A stretch of DNA of 32,000 nucleotides from Cylindrospermopsis raciborskii Cr2010 (GTDB lineage: Bacteria; Cyanobacteriota; Cyanobacteriia; Cyanobacteriales; Nostocaceae). Where the stretch lies: positions 1,500,001-1,532,000 of the forward strand of contig NZ_CP065936.1 of NCBI RefSeq assembly GCF_003367075.2, in the 5' to 3' direction. The notes beneath the pieces are model-generated. The model was given only the letters and a program-made list of their open reading frames with translations, was not told the origin of the DNA and made no database searches. Below, piece by piece: positions 18,941-26,715 of this stretch (position 1 is the first letter of the stretch; each line of letters starts with the position of its first letter). Both the position numbers and the translations under genes were made by a program.

Positions 18941-20293
18941 TCAAAGAATTGTTGATAGAATTTTATGAATCAGACTAAATAAGGTAATTGCGCCAATACA
19001 AATCAATGCAGAGGCTATACCTAACACAACCACTATTTGAATATCTAACCCCCCTGGCAATAAAGCAATCAAGAATATGACTAAAAAACTAATTAATAGA
19101 ATAAGTAACAGGTCTTTTACCGCTAACCACCCCTGACTTTGCACCACCACTAAACTGCTTACCATCACTAGGGAAATAGCCAGTCTAATTATCGGTGTCT
19201 CGACTAAAAGACCAACCGCAATTACAATTAATGCTCCCTCAAAACCAGTAACGGCGCCTCTCAATAGCAATTCCCCAAATGAAAACTTTTTAACCATTAG
19301 GCCTTTAAAAGGGAGATTCGATGGCTGGGGTTGATCAGGTATGGTTATGGAAGGTATTAAAGCTGATAATACCTCTGTAGCTGAACTAAAACGTTCATTA
19401 ATAGCAGGCATCAGCATTTTATCTAGTATACCACTTAGATGGGGACTAATTTTTACCTCCTGTCGCCATCGCCACTGATTGATCTGGGGATCAAATAACT
19501 CTGTGGCTTCTTTTCCAGTGAGTAGAGTTAGAATTGTTACCCCAAGTGCATATATGTCTGTAGAAGGAAACACCTGACCTCTGGTTGTCTGTTCTGGCGC
19601 AGCAAAGCCTGGAGTATAAATAGCAGTGGAAGCACTAGATACTTTAGCACTAGTGACTTGTTTAACAGAGCCAAAATCTAACAAAAATAGTCTACCATCT
19701 TGTCGGCGCATAATATTAGATGGTTTAATATCTCTATGAATAATACCTCTATCGTGGATAAATTGTAGGACGGGTAAAATTTCTTTGAGAATAACCAAGA
19801 CCTCTGTTTCGGAAAAATTGCCTCGATGCTGTAGTTCCTCTTCAAGATTTTTTCCGTCAATATATTCTTGTACCAGATAAAAAAACTGATCTTGTCTTCC
19901 CGGTTGCAAGCTAGGAACCACTACGGGAAAGAACGCAAATAAATAGGGAATTTGGTCATGGTTCATACCAACATCGGCTAGAACCGTTGCTTCTCTTTCA
20001 AATAACTCTTGTGCTAGATCTAACTGAGCCGCATTCAAGCTTGTGGACGGTTGAAATTGTTTAACTACACAATTTGGTATTCCCGGGATACGGCGATCCC
20101 GTGCCAAAAATGCTGCTCCGAATCCTCCTATTCCCAGTAATTTTACAGGCAGATAGCGACCATCTAATAACAGTGGCATACCACAACTAACACAGTATTT
20201 TTGTTGGGTAGCTTGCAGGGTAGTAATGTTGTCTAAGTCCGGGAAGTAATTTTGCGGACGTGGACAGTGAGGACGAGTGCAGTAGACTTCCAT
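18941..20293 (-). CDS. Ser/Thr protein kinase with an N-terminal 4-Cys zinc-ribbon prefix and a C-terminal multi-pass membrane region
   Basis: 450 aa. The Cys prefix is CTRPHC...CVSCG. The Hanks kinase motifs are the Gly loop LGIGGFGAAF, VVKQF, HRDIKPSN, DFG and APE. The last ~110 aa are hydrophobic (3-4 predicted TM helices). Confidence 0.85.
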   Translation of the reverse strand: MEVYCTRPHCPRPQNYFPDLDNITTLQATQQKYCVSCGMPLLLDGRYLPVKLLGIGGFGAAFLARDRRIPGIPNCVVKQFQPSTSLNAAQLDLAQELFEREATVLADVGMNHDQIPYLFAFFPVVVPSLQPGRQDQFFYLVQEYIDGKNLEEELQHRGNFSETEVLVILKEILPVLQFIHDRGIIHRDIKPSNIMRRQDGRLFLLDFGSVKQVTSAKVSSASTAIYTPGFAAPEQTTRGQVFPSTDIYALGVTILTLLTGKEATELFDPQINQWRWRQEVKISPHLSGILDKMLMPAINERFSSATEVLSALIPSITIPDQPQPSNLPFKGLMVKKFSFGELLLRGAVTGFEGALIVIAVGLLVETPIIRLAISLVMVSSLVVVQSQGWLAVKDLLLILLISFLVIFLIALLPGGLDIQIVVVLGIASALICIGAITLFSLIHKILSTIL

Positions 20294-20427
20294 ATCATTA
20301 GTTATAAGGTATTCATAGGCGTAAAAATAATACTAATCACTTGACATTATAGCTGCTTGCAGGTTTAAATTACCGAGAGAGTTATCAAACTTTACCTATT
20401 TCCGGCAAAAAATACCGCTAATTCAAA

Positions 20428-20445
20428 TTTAAGCTGTAGCTTAAA
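20428..20445. promoter_or_regulatory. 18-bp palindrome TTTAAGCT-GT-AGCTTAAA flanked by a TTCAAATTTA direct repeat (20422-20431, 20450-20459)
   Basis: Perfect 8+2+8 dyad in the divergent kinase / ABC-ATPase intergenic region. The operator-like role is not demonstrated. Confidence 0.25.
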
Positions 20446-20472
20446 CTACTTCAAATTTAGAATTGCTGGGGG

Positions 20473-20501
20473 TTGACTGGCAAATTTCACCATGATATAC
20501 T
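20473..20501 (+). promoter_or_regulatory. Candidate sigma70-type promoter TTGACT-N17-TATACT (a second -10-like TATAAT lies at 20509-20514)
   Basis: Near-consensus hexamers with 17-nt spacing, ~100 nt upstream of the GTG start at 20599. Confidence 0.35.
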
Positions 20502-20598
20502 CGTGTGCTATAATGATAAAATCTGTGCCCCCATATAATTGACTCCGCTCATTAACGTCTGATATTTCCCAAAGACTAACTCAAAAATTAAAATCACT

Positions 20599-21384
20599 GT
20601 GGTAACTAATATAAAAATTCCCCAACTCCCCCTATTATCAGCAACTGGACTTTGTAAAAGTTTTGGTGGAATTCAAGCTGTAAAAAATGCCAATATTGAG
20701 GTTAACCAGGGTAGTATTACCGGACTCATAGGTCCTAATGGCGCTGGTAAAACAACTCTGTTTAATTTACTATCCAATTTCATCCGTCCAGATCAAGGGA
20801 GAGTAATTTTTAACGGGGAACCAATTCATAACTTACAACCCTTTCAAATCGCTCAGCAAGGTCTAACTCGCACCTTTCAAGTGGCTAAAACCCTTTCCCG
20901 TTTATCAGTCCTAGAAAACATGTTGTTAGCAGGACAAAAACAAACGGGTGAGAATTTTTGGCGGGTGCAATTCGAGCATCATATAGTCCTCAGACAAGAA
21001 AAACAAATCACCCAAAGAGCAATGTCTTTGTTGACATCCGTCGGTTTAGCACACAAAGCTCATGATTATGCAGGTAGTCTATCCGGTGGACAGCGAAAAT
21101 TATTAGAAATGGGAAGGGCCTTAATGACAAACCCTAAACTAATACTATTAGATGAACCAGCAGCTGGAGTAAACCCTAAACTAATAGATGATATATGCGA
21201 TCGCATTATTAAGTGGAATCGGGAAGAAAAACTAACTTTTTTAATTATTGAACATAACATGGATGTGATTATGTCCCTATGTGACCGTGTTTGGGTACTA
21301 GCAGAAGGTCAAAATTTAGCCGTTGGCACTCCCGTAGAAATTCAGACCAACCCCCAAGTTTTGGAAGCATATTTGGGATGCTAA
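20599..21384 (+). CDS. ABC transporter ATP-binding protein, LivG/NatA (branched-chain/neutral amino acid) type, orphan
   Basis: 261 aa with a GTG start. It has Walker A GPNGAGKTT, the signature LSGGQRK and Walker B LILLDEP. The C-terminal QVLEAYLG is typical of LivG-like ATPases. No permease or binding-protein genes are adjacent. Confidence 0.85.
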   Translation: MVTNIKIPQLPLLSATGLCKSFGGIQAVKNANIEVNQGSITGLIGPNGAGKTTLFNLLSNFIRPDQGRVIFNGEPIHNLQPFQIAQQGLTRTFQVAKTLSRLSVLENMLLAGQKQTGENFWRVQFEHHIVLRQEKQITQRAMSLLTSVGLAHKAHDYAGSLSGGQRKLLEMGRALMTNPKLILLDEPAAGVNPKLIDDICDRIIKWNREEKLTFLIIEHNMDVIMSLCDRVWVLAEGQNLAVGTPVEIQTNPQVLEAYLGC

Positions 21385-21433
21385 CAAACTAAGTTTTCTT
21401 TCCTCACAACTGCGATCGCTAAGTAGGGAGAAT

Positions 21434-22753
21434 TTAAAAGGAAATAACCTCTTCAAAAACATTTGTTTTGAAGTCATCAACCAGGATAGAAATTAGTTTA
21501 TTTAGACTTGTTTGTTTGACATGTTCCAAAATTTGTGCCGTGTCTTTAAAATCCGGACTAATGTGAAATTTTTGCTCTGATATGTTGTCGTCTTCTGGGT
21601 ATCCTTTCAAAATATTACAGTGAATTAAAGATAAACAAAGATTATTCAGCTTATTACTTTCAAAAGTAGGAAGCTCCTGACTAAAAATATCCAATATTTC
21701 AGAGATATTCATTAATATGTCACGTTTTGAAATCAAAGTATCAACAAATATTTCTAGACTGTATTTGTCCTCAATTGTGATTCTAGGTTTGCCACTGGCC
21801 AATAAGCTCTGATAGCGTTCGGGTGTGTGTAAATCTTCATTTAATATATCTGAGAGTATAACCACCCCATTGGGAATAGAGTTTCTAAAAACCAGTAGTG
21901 TGTTTGATGGTGGAAGAGTTCCCACACACAATTCTGTATTTGCACAAATAAATTGCAAGAATTCTGCAAATCTCATAAAGCCTACCATTTCTGGTTTGAA
22001 TTCTGGTATGGCATATTTGAATGCTTCCCTGACCGTAGAAAGAGGAATTCCATGACCATACATTTGTCTTCTGGATTCTGGGTCTTGACCAAACCAACTA
22101 ATAATTTTTTGACCATGAGAAAAAATCGTTTTCTTATCTGCTTGATGAATGGTTTGAATATTGTTTGCCATCCTAACCACCAAAGGATGATTTATGCCAA
22201 CGCCTAACCCTTTATTATTGCCAAAGGTTGTATTTTTAGGATCTGTGTTGATATCTTCTGGAGAATATTCTTCAGGAAGTTCTAGTTTTATAAAGTAATC
22301 ACATACTGATTTAAAAATATCATTGGCTGAATTCTCGTAAGCACAACCAATAACTTGCTTACCATACTCATGTAATTTCTTTGCTAGAGAAGCAAAACCT
22401 CCATCTCCGGATACAATTACGTACACTTCAATGTGGGGAAAACGAATAGTTATATCCATGGTATCAACTACTAGTTGAATATCAGCAGCATTTTTTTTGT
22501 GATAACGTGCGAATCCAAAAATTTGAATTGGGTCTATACCTAATTCGTTAATTTCTCCTCTGAGTAAACTTAATCTATGGTCACTCCAATTTGCATAAGC
22601 TCTCTGTAAACAGATTTTATTAACAATATCTACCTCTAGAATTTGGCGATATATCTGCTTTAATGATAATTCCTTAATAAAGTCTTTAGAAAAGCTATAG
22701 CCCTTAGTGAGGTTTTCAATGTCATAAAATATGGCTGTGTTAAATATCGACAT
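21434..22753 (-). CDS. NYN-domain (LabA-like, PIN-related) predicted RNase with a LOTUS/OST-HTH-like middle region and an unassigned C-terminal ~150 aa
   Basis: 439 aa. The acidic NYN residues are present in IFYDIEN, NAADIQLVVD and VSGDGGF. aa ~215-290 (GIPLSTVREAFKYAIPEFKPEMVGFMRFAEFLQFI) resemble OST-HTH. The gene is visibly more AT-rich than its neighbours. Confidence 0.7.
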   Translation of the reverse strand: MSIFNTAIFYDIENLTKGYSFSKDFIKELSLKQIYRQILEVDIVNKICLQRAYANWSDHRLSLLRGEINELGIDPIQIFGFARYHKKNAADIQLVVDTMDITIRFPHIEVYVIVSGDGGFASLAKKLHEYGKQVIGCAYENSANDIFKSVCDYFIKLELPEEYSPEDINTDPKNTTFGNNKGLGVGINHPLVVRMANNIQTIHQADKKTIFSHGQKIISWFGQDPESRRQMYGHGIPLSTVREAFKYAIPEFKPEMVGFMRFAEFLQFICANTELCVGTLPPSNTLLVFRNSIPNGVVILSDILNEDLHTPERYQSLLASGKPRITIEDKYSLEIFVDTLISKRDILMNISEILDIFSQELPTFESNKLNNLCLSLIHCNILKGYPEDDNISEQKFHISPDFKDTAQILEHVKQTSLNKLISILVDDFKTNVFEEVISF

Positions 22754-23012
22754 ATAATTTTACCTTTGTAAACTACAGTAAGCCTAAATATTTATTGTGA
22801 AAGGATTTGACGAGTCTTGTCTCAAGGGGTGCAACTATTCCCGTTTATGGCAATATTTAAGGGGAGCGATCGCATGGTTACATTGACATATTGGGGACAA
22901 AATGTCAATATATAGAAAGTTGGTTAGAACCGCCGTGGGATGCTTCATCTCTGGCTTATAAAGACAAGAGTTTTGGCGATTCCCTATTTCTCCGTAAGTT
23001 AACTACTATTCT

Positions 23013-23678
23013 ATGAATTATCAAACAGTTAAGGAACAATTACAAGCGTTAATTGAATCACTACGTGAGTCACTGACTAAACAGAACGGTGGTCAGCCCA
23101 TGGGTGCCCCAATTACTAATATAAAGATAGAGGAGAATCAAGCATTCCGAATGGAGGAGTTGACGGTTGAACTAGAAAGACTGAATCCCAATCCTCAACC
23201 CCTGCGCAATGCTATTAATCTACTTAATGGAGCTTGGAAGTTAGAATACTCCACAGCTAGGGAAATTAGGGTTTTAGATTCTCTCCCCCTGGGACTACAG
23301 GTAGGTCAGGTATTTCAGGTGATTAACGTAGCACAAGCAGAATTTTTCAATCTTGCTGAGGTGAAACACCCATGGAAAATTGTCTGTGGTGGTGTTAAGG
23401 TAACAGCTAGATTTGAAGCAGATTTGGATGACTCCGGGTTACCTAATCAACGTATTAATGTCTATTTTGATAAACGTTATTTAGCCATTGATGAAGTTTT
23501 GGGTATTAGCACTCCCATGCTTAACCCATTAAACGTTGCACCTGCTAATAATCCTAAAGGAAGAGTTCCCAGTCTGGATATCACTTACCTGGATGAGAAT
23601 TTCCGAATTGGTAGGGGAGGTGATCAAGGTCTGTTTATTTTACACAAGGTCAATGATATCCACAATATTAATTTTTGA
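23013..23678 (+). CDS. PAP/fibrillin-family (plastoglobule lipid-associated) protein
   Basis: 221 aa. LERLNPNPQP...LNGAWKLEYST...GQVFQVI...DITYLDENFRIGRGGDQGLFILHKV matches the fibrillin family pattern. Confidence 0.75.
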   Translation: MNYQTVKEQLQALIESLRESLTKQNGGQPMGAPITNIKIEENQAFRMEELTVELERLNPNPQPLRNAINLLNGAWKLEYSTAREIRVLDSLPLGLQVGQVFQVINVAQAEFFNLAEVKHPWKIVCGGVKVTARFEADLDDSGLPNQRINVYFDKRYLAIDEVLGISTPMLNPLNVAPANNPKGRVPSLDITYLDENFRIGRGGDQGLFILHKVNDIHNINF

Positions 23679-23685
23679 CCTGTTG

Positions 23686-25725
23686 TTAAGCAAGATCTTG
23701 TAATTTCCTTTGCAGTTTTTCCCAGGTCGTACCCACTAAATTGGGTACCACAATGTGGGCACTCCCTACCTTTTCCGGTGATCCTATTCCTACTACCCAC
23801 ATACCTGCAGCTAGGGCTGCGTCTATACCTGATGCTCCATCTTCAAATACTACACATTGTCGTGGAATAACTCCTAATTGTTGAGCTGCAAATAAAAACA
23901 AATCAGGTGCTGGTTTTGGTTTGCTTACATTATAACCATCTGTAATAGAATCGATTTCTTCCCCAATTCCTAGTTTCTCTACAAGTAATCGAGCATTTTT
24001 GCTGGAGGAACCTAAAGCTATTTTTAAACCCACCCGACGTAGATCATTTATTAGGTACTTGACCCCTGGGAGTAAATTGTCAGGGGTAATATTTTGGATG
24101 AGTTGAATATAATATCTGTTCCTCCGCTCCATTATCTCCCTTAATTGCGATTCTGAATATTGGCGATCGCCTATTATGGAAGTTAAAAAATCCCAATCGG
24201 AGATTCCTCGGAGACTTTCATTAATTTCCCGGTTAAAAGGTATTTTTTCTTCATTGGCTAATTTTTGCCAAGACTGGTAGTGATATTCACAAGTGTCTAT
24301 CAACACTCCATCCAAATCAGAAATAATCCCCCCTATGGGACGAGATTTTTTTTGAGTAACTATTCCTGGGTGTAAATCAAAATTATGCCATTCACCATTC
24401 CAGTATAATTTAAACTGTAATCTTGTCCAACCTGGGGGTAAATGGGGATAAGCAACGGGTTGATCATCGATAAATTGAATACCTCCAAAAGCAAAAACTA
24501 CAGTTTGCCAAACAGCACCTGCGCTAGCGCCATGAATACCATCTATGGTACTTCCCATAATTTCTTCTAAACCTAACATTGCTGTTTGCATAAATTTTTG
24601 ATATGCTTCATCGGATCTAGCTAAGTCCGTCGCTAAAACATGGTAGCGATAATTTAGTAGATTACGAGCTATGACTGGTTGGGTAAAAATCAGAAATGGC
24701 AAGATAAAAATTTCTGTGTCCCAAGACACATGACTGTGGTAGAAAAAAGCGGAGATGGTTTTAGCTGGTATGGTGACCTTCTCATCGTAATGAGAAACAG
24801 CAGTTAGCATTTGAAAAATATTATAACGGATAGCAAAAGCTGCTTTACTATCCCCCTCAATCAAAATATCACTTTGTTGCCAAATTTGATTCCATTCTTG
24901 TTGATTAGCATTATGTAAGGTAACGTAGTCTGGAAGATAATAGAGTTTAGACTTTGCAGCTAATAGTGGATCTGGAACATCTCTTGAGGTAAATAGGGTG
25001 ATAATCTTCTCAATGGTGATGGTCTGATTTGGTGAGCACCTAAAAGTTGCACTAATACTGGGATAACTAGGAGCAGCATTGACTTGCGAATGGCCCTCTA
25101 CTCCCAAAAGATTAATTTTTCCCGCTATTCCCATATCAAGTCGACTTTGACGATTACGACTGTGTAACCAGAATCCCTGGTCCAGCTTTCCTTGATCTAG
25201 TCGTTCCCAATGATTAAATTCCCTATTTTCTGGATACCCATTAATCCCACTTTGCAATTCAATTCTCCCATCAAAGTCTAAGAAAGTTAAAGTGCAACGT
25301 TGACATAGCACATGCTGATCTGCCATGCTGGCAAATCTTTCAAGATAGATATCTATAGTTTTACCACTGGGACTGCGCCATTGTAAAGAACGACTCAGAA
25401 TTCCTTGGCGCAAATCAAGTTCCCGATTGTACTGTAGTATTGTACCTTGATCTAGACCAAAGCGATCGCCCTCAATTGTAATTACTAATGGTAGACAATC
25501 TGGACAGTTAGCCATTTCTGTGTAAAGGGGGGGAATAGGATCATAAACCCCATGAATAAAGGTAGCAGGTGAAGCACAAGGATAACCTTCTTCAAAACTA
25601 CCTCGTATCCCTAGGTAACCATTACCAATAGTGAAAATAGTTTCTCTGGTATGTAGTTGTTCTGGTCTAAAATTAGTTTCAATTAAAATCCAATCTGTGT
25701 AGATAAAATCTTGATTTTTTTCCAT
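23686..25725 (-). CDS. GH65-family phosphorylase (kojibiose/trehalose/maltose type) with a large internal deletion of the catalytic domain, fused to beta-phosphoglucomutase (HAD)
   Basis: 679 aa. A GH65 N-terminal domain is present, followed by HVSWDTEIF...NYRYH. The sequence then jumps within ~35 aa to ...DGIHGASAGAVWQ. The C-terminal HAD part has DLDGVLIDT, GSSSKNA and FEDGASGIDAALAAGM. The GH65 part is ~460 aa, against ~750-800 aa in canonical enzymes. Confidence 0.7.
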   Translation of the reverse strand: MEKNQDFIYTDWILIETNFRPEQLHTRETIFTIGNGYLGIRGSFEEGYPCASPATFIHGVYDPIPPLYTEMANCPDCLPLVITIEGDRFGLDQGTILQYNRELDLRQGILSRSLQWRSPSGKTIDIYLERFASMADQHVLCQRCTLTFLDFDGRIELQSGINGYPENREFNHWERLDQGKLDQGFWLHSRNRQSRLDMGIAGKINLLGVEGHSQVNAAPSYPSISATFRCSPNQTITIEKIITLFTSRDVPDPLLAAKSKLYYLPDYVTLHNANQQEWNQIWQQSDILIEGDSKAAFAIRYNIFQMLTAVSHYDEKVTIPAKTISAFFYHSHVSWDTEIFILPFLIFTQPVIARNLLNYRYHVLATDLARSDEAYQKFMQTAMLGLEEIMGSTIDGIHGASAGAVWQTVVFAFGGIQFIDDQPVAYPHLPPGWTRLQFKLYWNGEWHNFDLHPGIVTQKKSRPIGGIISDLDGVLIDTCEYHYQSWQKLANEEKIPFNREINESLRGISDWDFLTSIIGDRQYSESQLREIMERRNRYYIQLIQNITPDNLLPGVKYLINDLRRVGLKIALGSSSKNARLLVEKLGIGEEIDSITDGYNVSKPKPAPDLFLFAAQQLGVIPRQCVVFEDGASGIDAALAAGMWVVGIGSPEKVGSAHIVVPNLVGTTWEKLQRKLQDLA

Positions 25726-25847
25726 TTTTTAGTCAAAAATTGCTTTTTTAGGATCATTATCTTCAGGAGCAATAAAATTCAAACAATGAACGTTTTTGCT
25801 AACAAAATGACTGATAAGCTGAATATATAGAAGCTTTCTATTTAAGT

Positions 25848-25960
25848 GGGGAGGCACAATTATTTGTAGGATGGGTTAGCGGTAGGTAACCCATGCGGGT
25901 GTTGGGTTTCATACTTCAACCCAACCTACGTTGATCTTATATTTAATTCCGCTCACCCAC
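25848..25960 (+). mobile_element. MITE-like dispersed repeat, full-length copy M2
   Basis: See M1. It contains the hairpins atgggt...acccat and gttgggtt-tcatacttc-aacccaac. The central loop segment differs between the copies. Confidence 0.6.
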
Positions 25961-26230
25961 TTACATTGACTCAATGTAAATAAATTACTAAAGTAATTGC
26001 ATCTGACTCAAGTATGAAAATATTACTTCCTGAAATAATTCTTGAAGTATAAGCTTGAGGATTGTGACCTTTGATATAATTTGCCAGAGTGGCTAAAAAA
26101 AACCAAAAAACATAGTATTCTACATATCATCACAATTGTTTTCCTATTAAATCAAGACTTCTCTTGAATGGCTAAATCTTTCACCTAAGAATTTAGACCA
26201 ATATCCGACCAAAATAATATCAGGGTTATT

Positions 26231-26488
26231 ATGAACTACTCCACTTCTTCCACTAGTAATTTCGAAAGTCCCATTACCCCAGAAGAACTCAATCACATAC
26301 TTACTGCTATTTCTAATGGTAGATATTCTTGGGCTTGTGTCCTTATTTTAAGATCTATGGGTTATAACCCGCTTCACTATATACCTCAGCGTACCTATAG
26401 TCGAATCGCTAAAGAAAACAACTCAGTAGTCACCACAGCTATTTCCACCCCACAAGAAGTATTGGAGACCATCAATAGTCATTCTTAA
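26231..26488 (+). CDS. HetP-family (HetP-like) small protein
   Basis: 85 aa. [49 protein letters not shown] resembles the conserved N-terminal domain of Anabaena HetP and its short paralogs, as I remember them. This was not verified by alignment. Confidence 0.5.
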   Translation: MNYSTSSTSNFESPITPEELNHILTAISNGRYSWACVLILRSMGYNPLHYIPQRTYSRIAKENNSVVTTAISTPQEVLETINSHS

Positions 26489-26583
26489 CAACCTCCGGTA
26501 AAAACCTATGAAATCTTTTGGTGCGAAACCCCTATATAATCTGCTTGGGCGATCGCACTAATTTTACATTAAATTACTCTCTA

Positions 26584-26601
26584 TCCTCACAAGTTCCTCA
26601 A
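26584..26601 (+). promoter_or_regulatory. 18-bp box TCCTCACAAGTTCCTCAA upstream of nifJ (second copy)
   Basis: Exact repeat of 8060-8077. It lies 114 nt upstream of the nifJ ATG. A TATAAT lies at 26535-26540. Confidence 0.45.
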
Positions 26602-26715
26602 CTTTTTCTTATATCCTAAAAGGGAATCTGGGAATATTAATGCCTACACGGTATTACATATATCTATTAAGCACGTATGTTTACTAAAGTCAATAATCAA
26701 TTAGGTTAGGGAATT

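Noticed and set aside
21399-21409. 11-nt match (TTTCCTCACAA) to the pflA-side box in the 49-bp gap between the convergent ABC-ATPase and NYN genes
   Set aside because: Only one hexamer is present and it lies between two 3' ends, which is not a promoter context. It may be chance or a relic.
22882-22909. Inverted repeat ATTGACAT-N12-ATGTCAAT in the NYN/fibrillin divergent intergenic region
   Set aside because: An 8-bp stem in AT-rich DNA is not statistically compelling, and there is no second copy or T-run.
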